From the NCBI GenBank assembly GCA_963664235.1, contig OY760933.1:1043920-1107919 (forward strand): 64,000 nt of DNA, written 5' to 3'. The notes under the pieces were generated by a model. The model made no database searches. It was not told where the DNA came from and saw only the letters and a program-made list of their open reading frames with translations. Made by a program: the position numbers and the translations under genes. Positions 49,652-59,064 of the stretch are shown piece by piece. Position 1 is the stretch's first letter. The number at the start of each line of letters is the position of its first letter. Origin of the DNA: Acidimicrobiales bacterium (GTDB lineage Bacteria > Actinomycetota > Acidimicrobiia > Acidimicrobiales > CATQHL01).

Positions 49652-49679
49652 AAGGTTTTCCACAGCTGTGGAAACCTTT
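49652..49679. promoter_or_regulatory. Inverted pair of DnaA-box-like 9-mers (or terminator hairpin)
   Basis: AAGG-TTTTCCACA-GC-TGTGGAAAC-CTTT. Confidence 0.45.
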
Positions 49680-49693
49680 GCGGTCCGGAGACC

Positions 49694-50020
49694 TCAATCC
49701 TCGATCGGCGCCATCATCGACATCTCCTCGGCGCAGTGGCGCGGCGGTTCGGGATCCTCCGTCGGCGAGACCGTCATGCGGACCTCGGTACCGCACAGGG
49801 TGCAGCGATACGTGATGCGCACCTTGCGCAACTCTCCCGGCGGCGGGGGTTCGGGCTGCGGTTGCGCCAGGACGCGGAGGATCAGGATCCCCACCCAAAG
49901 GATCACCAAGCCACCTAGGGCGGCTGCGAGCGCCTTCAGTACCGTCCCCACAGTGCTGGCCAGCACAACCCCGATGGCTACGAAGTCGACTGCGGCGCAC
50001 ACGCCGGCGGCAGAGGTCAT
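49694..50020 (-). CDS. Small membrane protein with Zn-ribbon-like C-terminus
   Basis: TM helices then YRCTLCGTEVRM...PRHCAEEM; ATGA-coupled to the upstream thiolase-like gene. Confidence 0.7.
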   Translation of the reverse strand: MTSAAGVCAAVDFVAIGVVLASTVGTVLKALAAALGGLVILWVGILILRVLAQPQPEPPPPGELRKVRITYRCTLCGTEVRMTVSPTEDPEPPRHCAEEMSMMAPIED

Positions 50021-51156
50021 GTCTCCAACAGTACGGCCACGCCGTGCCCGTCGACAGCGTCGCAGGCCGCCAGACCGTGGGCGCCGCCTCCCAGCGTCGC
50101 CAGCCCCCGTACCAACCGCGCCACGAGCCCGAGCCCTGTGGCGCCCTGCGGGTGACCCAGCGCCAGAGAGCCACCGTCGGGGTTCAGGACCTCGGCCAAT
50201 TCGGGGCAGCTGCCCTCCCAGTGCACGATGCCGGTGGCGAACAGCTCGGCAATCTCGACACGGCGGACGTTGCCCGCGGTGACACCGGCGAGCGCCAGGA
50301 CACGCCGTGCTGCCTCCGGCGACGATCCGCAACCGGCACCGGGATCACCACCGACCGCCGCTGCGGCAACCACCCGGGCGACGGGATCGAGGCCCAGCCG
50401 GCGAACTGCTGACGGCGACGCCACGACAGCCGCCGCGGCACCGTCGGCCATCGGGGCCACAGTGGCCGCCGTCAGGAGCCCGTCGGGGCTGTAGAGGCCT
50501 TCGGTGAGCCTCTGATCGCCCGACTCGCCCGCACCCGGCAGCTCATCGCCGGCGACGGTCTGCGACTCCTCGCCGGCCGGTGCGAACAGTTCGGCCACCA
50601 GTCGCCCGGCGGTCTGCGCGTCCCGAGCGCGCCGGCGGCTCCGCTGCGCCACGGACTCCAGCCGGTCTCTGCCCACGCCGTGGCGTTGCGCCCACTGCTC
50701 CGCCGCGGGGCCCGGAGCCAGGAGCGTTTCGCCCTGCTTCGGCGGCAGGGGCAGACCGAAGCCCCGATGGCTCATGTCGGCGCCGGCGGGCACCATGCTC
50801 ATCAGTTCAACCCCACTCACCAGCACCATCCCGCAGCGGCCCGACCGCACCGCGTCGACCGCCCGAACCAGGGCAGTGAGGGAGGACGTGTCCCGCGTGC
50901 TGACCACCGACGCCGGCACCCCCCGCAGACATCCGGACGCCCGGGCCGCGACACCAGCCAAATCACCCGCCTGCGCCCCCACGGGCGTCGCGCACCCCAC
51001 GAGCACCTCGTCGACGTCGCTAGGGTCCGCGCCGCTCTCGGCCAGCACGGCGGCGAGGACCTCGCCCACCAGATCGGCGGGATGGCGTCGGGCGAAGCGA
51101 CCGTGGCGGGCGCCGAATGGGCTGCGCCCCGCCCGCAGAATCAGCGCGTCGTGCAC
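50017..51156 (-). CDS. Thiolase-fold protein with degenerate catalytic motifs
   Basis: RSPFG, VDEVLVGC, GVELMS, MADGAAA, NPDGGSLALGHPQGATG; nucleophile Cys absent. Confidence 0.8.
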   Translation of the reverse strand: MHDALILRAGRSPFGARHGRFARRHPADLVGEVLAAVLAESGADPSDVDEVLVGCATPVGAQAGDLAGVAARASGCLRGVPASVVSTRDTSSLTALVRAVDAVRSGRCGMVLVSGVELMSMVPAGADMSHRGFGLPLPPKQGETLLAPGPAAEQWAQRHGVGRDRLESVAQRSRRRARDAQTAGRLVAELFAPAGEESQTVAGDELPGAGESGDQRLTEGLYSPDGLLTAATVAPMADGAAAAVVASPSAVRRLGLDPVARVVAAAAVGGDPGAGCGSSPEAARRVLALAGVTAGNVRRVEIAELFATGIVHWEGSCPELAEVLNPDGGSLALGHPQGATGLGLVARLVRGLATLGGGAHGLAACDAVDGHGVAVLLET

Positions 51157-51296
51157 GTCACGCAGCTCGAAGGTGTCCCAGCAGCCGGCCGGGAGCCAGT
51201 GGCCGCCGCACTAGGATCGGGTATCACGCGGGGAGCGGCTCGGGCGCTTTGAATCCCCCGTGCACACAGCGTCCGGCGTGGCTCGACGGGAGGGCA

Positions 51297-51803
51297 GTGG
51301 AAGTAGGCGATTGGGCACTGCTGCTCTTGCGGGTCGTGGTCGGTCTGACGCTAGCCGCCCACGGTTACAACAAGTTCTTCGGCGGCGGGCGCATCGCGGG
51401 AACCGGGCGCTGGTTCGAGAGCATCGGCATGCGACCCGGTCGGCGCCACGCCGTGTTGGCCGCAGCAGGCGAGATCGGCGCCGGCCTGGCGCTGGCCGCC
51501 GGGTTCTTGACCGTACCGGCGGCCGCCGGCTTCGTCGGGCTGATGGCCGTGGCGTTCTGGGTGGCGCACCGGGGCAAGGGGTTCTTCGTCATGAACGACG
51601 GCTGGGAGTACACCGCCGTCCTCGCCACCGCAGCGGTTGCGATAGCCATGGCGGGGCCGGGTGATCTCTCGGTGGACGGCGTCATCGGAATCGCCGACGT
51701 GCTCGACGGCTGGGTGGGGCTTGCCATCAGCGCCGGGGGTGGTCTCGTGGCGGCCGCTCTGCTGCTGGCGGTGTTCTATCGCCCTCCCCCCCGTGACGCC
51801 TGA
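51297..51803 (+). CDS. DoxX family membrane protein
   Basis: LLLRVVVG..LAAHG.NK, GFF...GWEY, GPG.LSVD. Confidence 0.85.
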   Translation: MEVGDWALLLLRVVVGLTLAAHGYNKFFGGGRIAGTGRWFESIGMRPGRRHAVLAAAGEIGAGLALAAGFLTVPAAAGFVGLMAVAFWVAHRGKGFFVMNDGWEYTAVLATAAVAIAMAGPGDLSVDGVIGIADVLDGWVGLAISAGGGLVAAALLLAVFYRPPPRDA

Positions 51804-51861
51804 GTCGGCGAGGCCGTCTGCCGGCTCCCGCTGACCCTCCAGCGGCCCCACCAGAGTCACG

Positions 51862-52749
51862 ATGGCCTTCCTGCTCGGCGTCCTCGTCGCCGCCAGCATC
51901 GGTTCGGCGGACTTCCTCAGCGGGCTTGTGGCGCGCCGCATGCGCACCTCGGTTGTCGTGACGTACTCGCAACTGTGGGGCCTCGCCCCGCTGGGGATCT
52001 ACATCGCCGCCAGCGACCGGACCCTCCCGCCGGCATGGGATCTCGTGCTGGGGGTCTTCGCCGGCTTCGGGCTGGTGGTGGGCATCGTCTGCCTGGTGCA
52101 GGGACTGGCGGTCGGGCGCATGTCGGTGGTGGCACCCACCACCGCGGCCCTCGGAGCTGCAGTGGGCGTCGTCTACGGGTTCATAGTCGGCGAGCGCCCG
52201 GGGACGGTCGCTGTGGCCGGAGTTGTCCTCGCGGTCGCGGCCGTCGTGCTGATCGCCCGCGTCGCCGAGCATCACGAGACGGACGTGGGTACCCCGCAGG
52301 CCCACACCCGCAATGCCATCGCCAGCCGGGCCCAGGAAATGATCCTGGCCTCCGGGGCCGGTCTGACGCTGGGTGCCACACAGATCTTCTTCGCGGCCAC
52401 CAGCGAGGACGCCGGGATGTGGCCGGTGGCCTCCGGGCGCCTGACGGCCGGAGGCCTGGCCGGCGCGTTCGTGCTCTGGCGGCTTCGGACCGACGGGCGC
52501 CCGGCGCGACTCACAGTCGGGAACGCCCGCCTGCTGGCGGGCTACGCGCTGCTCGACACGCTGGGGACCTGCCTGCTGATCGAGGCGTTCCGCCAGGGGC
52601 TCGTGAGCCTCGTGGCCCCGGTTGCCGCGCTCTTCCCGGCGGCGACGGTGCTGTGGGCAAGGCTGATCCTGCACGACCGCATGAACCGCGGTCAGCTCGT
52701 GGGGTTCGGTCTCGCCGCCGCCGGGTTGGTGCTCATCGGCCTGGGTTGA
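51862..52749 (+). CDS. EamA/DMT family transporter (paralogue 1)
   Basis: ADFLSG, GRMSVVAP, GERP, about 10 TM. Confidence 0.85.
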   Translation: MAFLLGVLVAASIGSADFLSGLVARRMRTSVVVTYSQLWGLAPLGIYIAASDRTLPPAWDLVLGVFAGFGLVVGIVCLVQGLAVGRMSVVAPTTAALGAAVGVVYGFIVGERPGTVAVAGVVLAVAAVVLIARVAEHHETDVGTPQAHTRNAIASRAQEMILASGAGLTLGATQIFFAATSEDAGMWPVASGRLTAGGLAGAFVLWRLRTDGRPARLTVGNARLLAGYALLDTLGTCLLIEAFRQGLVSLVAPVAALFPAATVLWARLILHDRMNRGQLVGFGLAAAGLVLIGLG

Positions 52750-52827
52750 AGCTGCCCGGCCGCCGCATCCGGCGCTGAGTAGTCTCGCCCGATGCACCCT
52801 TCGTCGGCCCAACGGGCCGGGTGAATA

Positions 52828-53709
52828 TTGGACGTTCTCCTCGGGCTGGCCGTGGCGGTGAGTCTGGGGATCGCCGACGTGACCGGCGGGGTGGCCGGCC
52901 GGCGGCAGGGCCCGCTACGCACCACCACGGGGGTCCACCTCACAGGTGCCGTGCTGATCGGCATCTACCTGCTCGCCACGATGCAGTCGCTCGGCGGTGC
53001 CCGCGAGATGCTGCTGTCGCTGGCGGGAGGCGTGATCATGACGTTCAGCGCGCTCTGCTTCTACGCGGGGTTGTCGTGGGGTCGCGTGGCGATCTTGTCG
53101 CCGGTCTCCTTCGCGACAATTGCCGGGTTGACCTTCACCGTCGGGTTGCTGCGCGGCGAGCGCCCCTCGCAGCTGGCCGTCGCCGGCGCGATCCTCATCA
53201 TCCCGGCGGTTGTGCTGGTCTCCCGCCCGGTGCGGACAGCCCGGCCGTTCGACCGCAGGGACTCCGAACGGAGGCTGGGCCTCCCCGGCGAGTTGGCGCT
53301 GTCTGTGTGCGCCGGCGGCGGCTTCGTGGCCTTCCAGATCGTGCTGCTGGAGATCGGAGTGGGGGACGGCCCGGCGCCGCTCCTCATCGTGCGCAGTGTC
53401 GGCGGCATTCTGGGGCTCGTCGCCCTAGCCGTAATCCGCAGGAGGTCCCCCGCCGCTGTGGCCCCGGGCCCGCAGCGACGAGCGGTCCTGCTGGTGGCTT
53501 CGGCAGGAGCGCTGCTGATCCTGTCCCACGCGTTGCTGATCGAGGCCCTGGACCGGGGATTCCTTTCGGTCGTGGGGCCGATCACCTCTCTGACGCCCGC
53601 CTTCACTGTGCTCGGGGCACGAATTTTCCTGCGTGAGCACGTCAGCCGGCTCCAAGTGGCCGGCATGGCCGTCATCATCGCCGGGTTGGTGCTGCTGGCG
53701 CTCGGCTAG
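52828..53709 (+). CDS. EamA/DMT family transporter (paralogue 2)
   Basis: GRVAILSP, GERPS, SLTPAFTV, about 10 TM; TTG start. Confidence 0.85.
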   Translation: MDVLLGLAVAVSLGIADVTGGVAGRRQGPLRTTTGVHLTGAVLIGIYLLATMQSLGGAREMLLSLAGGVIMTFSALCFYAGLSWGRVAILSPVSFATIAGLTFTVGLLRGERPSQLAVAGAILIIPAVVLVSRPVRTARPFDRRDSERRLGLPGELALSVCAGGGFVAFQIVLLEIGVGDGPAPLLIVRSVGGILGLVALAVIRRRSPAAVAPGPQRRAVLLVASAGALLILSHALLIEALDRGFLSVVGPITSLTPAFTVLGARIFLREHVSRLQVAGMAVIIAGLVLLALG

Positions 53710-53729
53710 CTGTGACAACCGCTGACCGC

Positions 53730-54062
53730 TCAGGTGACCGTCAGGATCCCGAGGTATGCCGCCGCCACGCCGCCGGCCAGCGAGGCGGCCGAGTAACCCA
53801 CTGCCCGCCAGCGGTTCCGGCGCCACAACTCGGTTGTCTCCACCGCCAAGGTGGAGAAGGTCGTGAGAGAGCCGAGGGCACCGCTGGCCACTATCACCGT
53901 CGTGGCCTCGCCCGCACCGGCGAGCAGACCCAGGGCGAACGAGCCGATCACGTTGACCGCCAGCGTGCCGAAGGGGAACGCCTCGCGGTTGAGGCGCGCC
54001 GACGCCGCCACCCGCAGGAGGGTGGCGGCCCCGGCGGCGGCCAGGAACCCCACGGCCGTCAC
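53730..54062 (-). CDS. crcB: Fluoride channel Fluc, subunit 2
   Basis: FPFGTLAVNVIGSF, GALGSLTTFST; GTG overlaps the stop of the upstream crcB. Confidence 0.88.
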   Translation of the reverse strand: MTAVGFLAAAGAATLLRVAASARLNREAFPFGTLAVNVIGSFALGLLAGAGEATTVIVASGALGSLTTFSTLAVETTELWRRNRWRAVGYSAASLAGGVAAAYLGILTVT

Positions 54063-54433
54063 GCGACCACCCGACGCAACCGGCGCCGCACCAAGCCCGC
54101 TGCGGTGGCCGCGGCGATCGCCGCGGCCAGCGAGATCGCGGCATAGAGCAGGCCCGTGCCAGGCTGGGCCGACTCGAGGTGCTCGGCGGTGATCAGGCTG
54201 AACGCCGAGAACGTGGTGAAGCTGCCGCAGAAGCCTGCCCCGGCGACCCTGGCGAAGACGCTGCGGCCGGCGTCCGCCGCCAGCAACCAACCCAGAACCG
54301 CGCTGCCGGCGACGTTCACGATCAACGTCGCCCACGAGGTCGAGGCGCCGGGCCAGAGGTCGTGCACCCACCAGCGCAGCGCTGCCCCGGCCATCCCGCC
54401 GAGGGCGATCGCGGGGGTCGCCCGGAGGTCCAT
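54059..54433 (-). CDS. crcB: Fluoride channel Fluc, subunit 1
   Basis: GGMAGAALR, TLIVNVAGS, GFCGSFTTFSAF. Confidence 0.88.
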   Translation of the reverse strand: MDLRATPAIALGGMAGAALRWWVHDLWPGASTSWATLIVNVAGSAVLGWLLAADAGRSVFARVAGAGFCGSFTTFSAFSLITAEHLESAQPGTGLLYAAISLAAAIAAATAAGLVRRRLRRVVA

Positions 54434-54507
54434 CGCCGCCGAAGGTAGCGCTACCGCCGGACTAGCCTCGCCTGATGCCCACCAGCGCCACACGGCGCCA
54501 CCGCTGA

Positions 54508-55392
54508 ATGGAGGTCCTCCTCGGCGTCGGGGTGGCCGCCGGCCTGGGGTTCTCCGACTTCGTCGGGGGGACAGCCGGCCGGCGCACCGGGCCGCTGCGG
54601 GCCATCACCGGGATCCAGTTCACCGGTGCCGCCGTCATCGGCATCTACCTGCTGGTGACGTCGCAACCACTCGGGAGCCTCCGCGTGACGGTGCTGGCGG
54701 CGATCGGTGGCGCGGCTCTGGCCTTCGGCGCGGGGTCCATGTATGCGGGGCTCTCCTGGGGCCGCATGTCGGTGATGGCGCCGGTGACCGCCGCGGCCGT
54801 GGCGGTGTTCACGTTCGGGGTGGGACTGGTGCGCGGCGAGCGCCCGTCCGATCTGGCTGTGGCCGGGGTGGGGTTGGCGATCGTGGCAGTGATCCTCATA
54901 TCGCGGCCGCCTCCTGCACCCCATGTCTCCTCGGTACCGGGGGGCGCGCCGCGGCGGATCGGCCTCGGAGCGGAGTTGGCCCTCTCCGTCGTTGCCGGAG
55001 CCTCATTCGCCACGTTCCAGACCATGATCGGCGAGATGGGTGGCGAGGCGGGCGTGGCGCCCCTGCTGGTCGTGCGTGCCGTCGGCGGGACCCTCAGCCT
55101 GCTCGCCCTGGGTGTGGTCTGGCGACGGGCCGGCTCTCCCCGCCTCCGGGCGCCCCGGCGCAGCACGCTCGTGCCGGTGGCTACGGCCGGACTGATGCTG
55201 ATCGTGGCGCACGCGTTGTTGATCGAGGCTCTCGCACTGGGCCTGTTGTCGATCGTCGGGCCGATCACCTCGCTCTCACCCGCCTTCACCGTGATCCCGG
55301 CGCGGATCTTCCTCCACGAGCACATCAGTCGCACGCAGATCGTCGGCATGGTCCTGGCGACGGCGGGGCTGGTGCTCGTGGCGCTCGGCTAG
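54508..55392 (+). CDS. EamA/DMT family transporter (paralogue 3)
   Basis: SDFVGG, GRMSVMAP, GERPS, SLSPAFTV. Confidence 0.85.
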   Translation: MEVLLGVGVAAGLGFSDFVGGTAGRRTGPLRAITGIQFTGAAVIGIYLLVTSQPLGSLRVTVLAAIGGAALAFGAGSMYAGLSWGRMSVMAPVTAAAVAVFTFGVGLVRGERPSDLAVAGVGLAIVAVILISRPPPAPHVSSVPGGAPRRIGLGAELALSVVAGASFATFQTMIGEMGGEAGVAPLLVVRAVGGTLSLLALGVVWRRAGSPRLRAPRRSTLVPVATAGLMLIVAHALLIEALALGLLSIVGPITSLSPAFTVIPARIFLHEHISRTQIVGMVLATAGLVLVALG

Positions 55393-55501
55393 GGCGGGCC
55401 GCGGCGCGGCGCCCGGCACCCCGGGTACCCCGGAAGGCCAACCCCCAGCGCACTAGTCTTGCCGGGTGTTTTGCCCCGGTGCCGAGCTGAACGTCTAGGG
55501 A

Positions 55502-56380
55502 ATGGACGTCCTGCTAGGCGTCGGCGTGGCTGCCGGCCTGGGACTCGCCGACTTCTTCGGCGGGATGTCCGGCAGGCGCACCGGGCCGCTCCGCACCATC
55601 ACCGGCGTCCAGATCGTCGGCGGGGTGATCATCGGCATCTACGTGCTGGCCATGTGGCAACCTCTCGGCGGCACCCGCACGATGCTCCTGGCGGTCCTGG
55701 CCGGAGGGGCGCTGACGCTCGGCATCGGCTTCATGTACACCGGCTTCACGTGGGGTCGCATGGGGGTGGTCGCTCCGGTGACCGCCGCGTTGATCGCGGT
55801 CCTCACCTTCGGGGTGGGTCTGGTGCGCGGCGAGCGCCCGTCGGCGCTGGCTCTTGCCGGTGTGGCACTGGCGATCGTGGCCGTCGTGCTCATCTCGAGA
55901 CCGCCGCGGGTGGCCGAAGCAGCGACCACCGAGACCAGGAAACGGTTCGGGCTGGGCGCCGAATTGGGTCTCTCGCTCGCCGCCGGCGCGTCATTGGCGA
56001 CGTTCCAGACGACGATCGGCGAGATCGGCGACGCCGCGGGCCTGGCACCCCTGCTCGTCGTGCGCGCCGCCGCCGCGACCCTCGGCCTGCTCGCCCTGGG
56101 TGTGGTCTGGCGGCGTGCCGGTTTCCCCCGCCTCCGGGCGCCGCGGCGCAGCACCCTCGTGCCGGTGGTGGTCAGCGGGATCCTGCTGCTGCTGGCGCAC
56201 GCCCTGCTGCTGGAGGCGCTCGCGCTGGGTCTGCTGTCAATCGTCGGCCCGATCACGGCGCTGTCCCCCGCCTTCACGGTGATCCCGGCGTGGCTCTTCC
56301 TCCACGAGCACATCAGCCGCGTGCAGGTATTCGGCATGGTCGTGGCGACGGCGGGGCTGGTCCTCGTAGCAGTGGGCTGA
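55502..56380 (+). CDS. EamA/DMT family transporter (paralogue 4)
   Basis: ADFFGG, GRMGVVAP, GERPS; closely similar to paralogue 3. Confidence 0.85.
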   Translation: MDVLLGVGVAAGLGLADFFGGMSGRRTGPLRTITGVQIVGGVIIGIYVLAMWQPLGGTRTMLLAVLAGGALTLGIGFMYTGFTWGRMGVVAPVTAALIAVLTFGVGLVRGERPSALALAGVALAIVAVVLISRPPRVAEAATTETRKRFGLGAELGLSLAAGASLATFQTTIGEIGDAAGLAPLLVVRAAAATLGLLALGVVWRRAGFPRLRAPRRSTLVPVVVSGILLLLAHALLLEALALGLLSIVGPITALSPAFTVIPAWLFLHEHISRVQVFGMVVATAGLVLVAVG

Positions 56381-56492
56381 GGGCGCGGCCGGCGCCGGCC
56401 GCCCGGCACTGGCGACGCCGGCCGCGCCGCAACTGCTCCGCCGCGGCCTGACCTCGCCTGGAACAGGCGGAACGAGGCCTACCGTACGTGGC

Positions 56493-57566
56493 GTGCACCT
56501 GCCGGTGATGCCGCCCGTGTCTCCGATGCTGGCCCGGGCCGCCGAATCACTTCCCGCCGCCGGCCCGGGCGAGTTGTGGTTCGAGCCCAAGTGGGACGGC
56601 TTCCGTGCCGTGGTCTTCCGCGACGGCACAGAGGTGGAGATCGGCAGCCGCCAGGAGCGGCCGCTGACCCGCTATTTCCCCGAATTGCCGGGTCCCCTGC
56701 GAGCGCGCCTGCCGCAGCGCTGCGTGCTGGATGGCGAGTTGGTGATCGCGGGACGCAGCGGGCTGGACTTCGCCGCCCTCAGCGCCCGCATCCACCCGGC
56801 TGCCAGCCGTATCGGGCGCCTCGCCTCCGAGACACCGGCGCAGTTCGTGACCTTCGACATCCTTGCGCTGGGCGACCGGGACCTCACCGGCCTGCCGTTC
56901 AGCGAGCGCCGCCGCGTCCTGGTCAACGTGGCAGCCGGCTTCGCCCCGCCGGTGCATCTCACCCCCGCCACCACAGACCGCTCCGTCGCCACCGACTGGT
57001 TCGAACGCTTCGAGGGAGCCGGTTTGGACGGCATCATCGCCAAACCCGCCGCAGGCACCTACGAGGCGGGCAAGCGCGCCCAGTTCAAGATCAAACACCG
57101 CCACACCGCCGAGTGCGTCGTGGCGGGCTATCGCCGCCACCGCAGCGGTGACGGGGTGGGCTCGCTGCTGCTGGGGTTGCACGATGCCCGGGGCGTGCTG
57201 CACTACGTGGGTGCGGCCTCGGGGTTCGCGGCCGGCCGGCGGGTCGAGCTGGCAGAACTGCTGGCGGCCCACCGTGTCGATGACCCCGCAGGGCATCCCT
57301 GGACCGCAGCCGGGGCGCAAGGACGCCTGCCCGGTGCACCGAATCGCTGGCGCACCGGCGCCGACGCCTGGGTGCCCCTGGCCGGCGCCCCCGTGGCCGA
57401 AGTGGCCTACGACGCCGTGCTGGCGGGACGGTTCCGCCACAGCGCCCGCCTGCTGCGCTGGCGCCCCGACCGGCTGCCCGAGAGTTGCGGCTACGCCCAG
57501 ATCGTGCGCACTCCCCCGGTGGAGCTGGCGGAGATATTCGGCGCCGCCGCTCAAGAGGCGGAATGA
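56493..57566 (+). CDS. ligC: ATP-dependent DNA ligase LigC
   Basis: PPVSPMLA, EPKWDGFR, LTRYFPEL, EGAGLDGIIAK, VGSLLLGL, RFRH. Confidence 0.9.
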   Translation: MHLPVMPPVSPMLARAAESLPAAGPGELWFEPKWDGFRAVVFRDGTEVEIGSRQERPLTRYFPELPGPLRARLPQRCVLDGELVIAGRSGLDFAALSARIHPAASRIGRLASETPAQFVTFDILALGDRDLTGLPFSERRRVLVNVAAGFAPPVHLTPATTDRSVATDWFERFEGAGLDGIIAKPAAGTYEAGKRAQFKIKHRHTAECVVAGYRRHRSGDGVGSLLLGLHDARGVLHYVGAASGFAAGRRVELAELLAAHRVDDPAGHPWTAAGAQGRLPGAPNRWRTGADAWVPLAGAPVAEVAYDAVLAGRFRHSARLLRWRPDRLPESCGYAQIVRTPPVELAEIFGAAAQEAE

Positions 57567-57665
57567 CGGCGACGGCGTGACGCGCCGCCGACCGGGCGCA
57601 GGCTGGAGCAGGGAAGCCGGAGCAGTTGCACCGCGGCGGGGTGCCCAACCACTAGACAGCACGTA

Positions 57666-59039
57666 GTGCACACGGATCCCTTCGGCGGCGGACTCTCCGC
57701 CCACGAGTCGCGCCGGCGCAGGCTGTTGCTGCTCGGCGGGCTCCTCTTGGCCGTAGCCGTCATCGTCGTGGCGGTCATCCGCATCGGTGGCGATGAGACC
57801 GAGCCCGGCGGGTCGGGCGGCAGCACCACCGAGGCGACGGCCGGCGTGGAGGCACCCCCCGCTCCCTCCACCGAGCCGCCCACCACGACCGAGCCCCCGA
57901 CCACGACCACCGAAGCGCCCACCACGACGACCACCACCGAAGCGCCCACCACGACGACCACCACCGAACCCCCGCCCACCACCACGACCACCAAACCTCC
58001 GCCCACCACCACGACCACCACCGAACCGCCGCCCCCACCGCCGGTCGCCCTGCTCACACCGGCGGGCATACCGGTCACCGTCCTCGAAGTGCTCGAGTCG
58101 GGCTTCTTGGTACGCACGCCGTGCGGGAACACCGCGGAGATCGCCGACGGCGAGCGCATCGAGCCGGTACAGGTCGTGCTGGATCCCGGCCACGGCGGAC
58201 CCATCGAGACCGGCACGGTGGGCCCCAACGGACTCGTCGAGCGCGACCTCAACCTCACGCTCACCGACGCCGTCCTCGCGGAACTCGACGAACGCGGCAT
58301 CACGGCCACCACGACGCGGACGGGCGACTACATGGTCCGGCTGGGAGTCCGGGTCGAGTTCGCGGACGCCTTGGAGCCCGAGGCGCTCGTTTCGATCCAC
58401 CACAACGGCCCGACATGGGATCTGGGAGACGTCCCCGGAACCGAGGTCTACGTGCAGTCCGAGTCCCCCACCGAGACTCGCCCCGAGTCCGGCCGTCTCG
58501 GCGGTCTCCTGTACGAGGAGATCACCGCGGCCCTCAGCACGTTCGAGGACGTCCAGTGGAGCGCCCTCCCCGACGCCGGTGTGAAGCGCGTGCTGCTTCC
58601 CGACGGGACCGACACGTACGCGCTGGTCAGGGGCCCGGTAGTGCCCTCGGCGCTCGTGGAGTACGGCTACCTCACGAACGCATCGGAGGCCGAACTCTTC
58701 GCCACCGAGGAGTACAGCGGCGTCGCCGCTGTCGCCACGGCCGACGCCATCGAGGCGTTTCTGGACACCGACGAGCCGGGCAGCGGGTTCATCGAAGAAC
58801 CTCGCGTCTACGACCCGCCCGCCATCGACATCGAGTGCACCGACCCGCCGCTGGAGCCGGAGCCCGCCGAGCAGGTCGACGAGAACGAGGGGGACGGCGA
58901 CGGGGAGCAACCGGAAGCCACCGGCGACGATCCCGGCGAGCCCCGCGACGGCCAGGACCCTGAGACGCTCGGCGAGTCAGCCGACCCCGAGACCGGCCCG
59001 GAGACCGGCGCCGGAACCGACTCGACGACAGACTCGTAG
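57666..59039 (+). CDS. Membrane-anchored N-acetylmuramoyl-L-alanine amidase (Amidase_3) with Thr/Pro-rich stalk
   Basis: TM helix, TTTTE repeats, VLDPGHGG, ERDLN, VSIHHN, LVEYGYLTN. Confidence 0.88.
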   Translation: MHTDPFGGGLSAHESRRRRLLLLGGLLLAVAVIVVAVIRIGGDETEPGGSGGSTTEATAGVEAPPAPSTEPPTTTEPPTTTTEAPTTTTTTEAPTTTTTTEPPPTTTTTKPPPTTTTTTEPPPPPPVALLTPAGIPVTVLEVLESGFLVRTPCGNTAEIADGERIEPVQVVLDPGHGGPIETGTVGPNGLVERDLNLTLTDAVLAELDERGITATTTRTGDYMVRLGVRVEFADALEPEALVSIHHNGPTWDLGDVPGTEVYVQSESPTETRPESGRLGGLLYEEITAALSTFEDVQWSALPDAGVKRVLLPDGTDTYALVRGPVVPSALVEYGYLTNASEAELFATEEYSGVAAVATADAIEAFLDTDEPGSGFIEEPRVYDPPAIDIECTDPPLEPEPAEQVDENEGDGDGEQPEATGDDPGEPRDGQDPETLGESADPETGPETGAGTDSTTDS

Positions 59040-59064
59040 CCGAGCGGCGTCCCCGCCCGGCGCG

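Noticed and set aside
57860-58050. ACC/ACG-rich repeats as a separate DNA element
   Set aside because: They encode the Thr/Pro stalk of the amidase; ordinary low-complexity coding sequence
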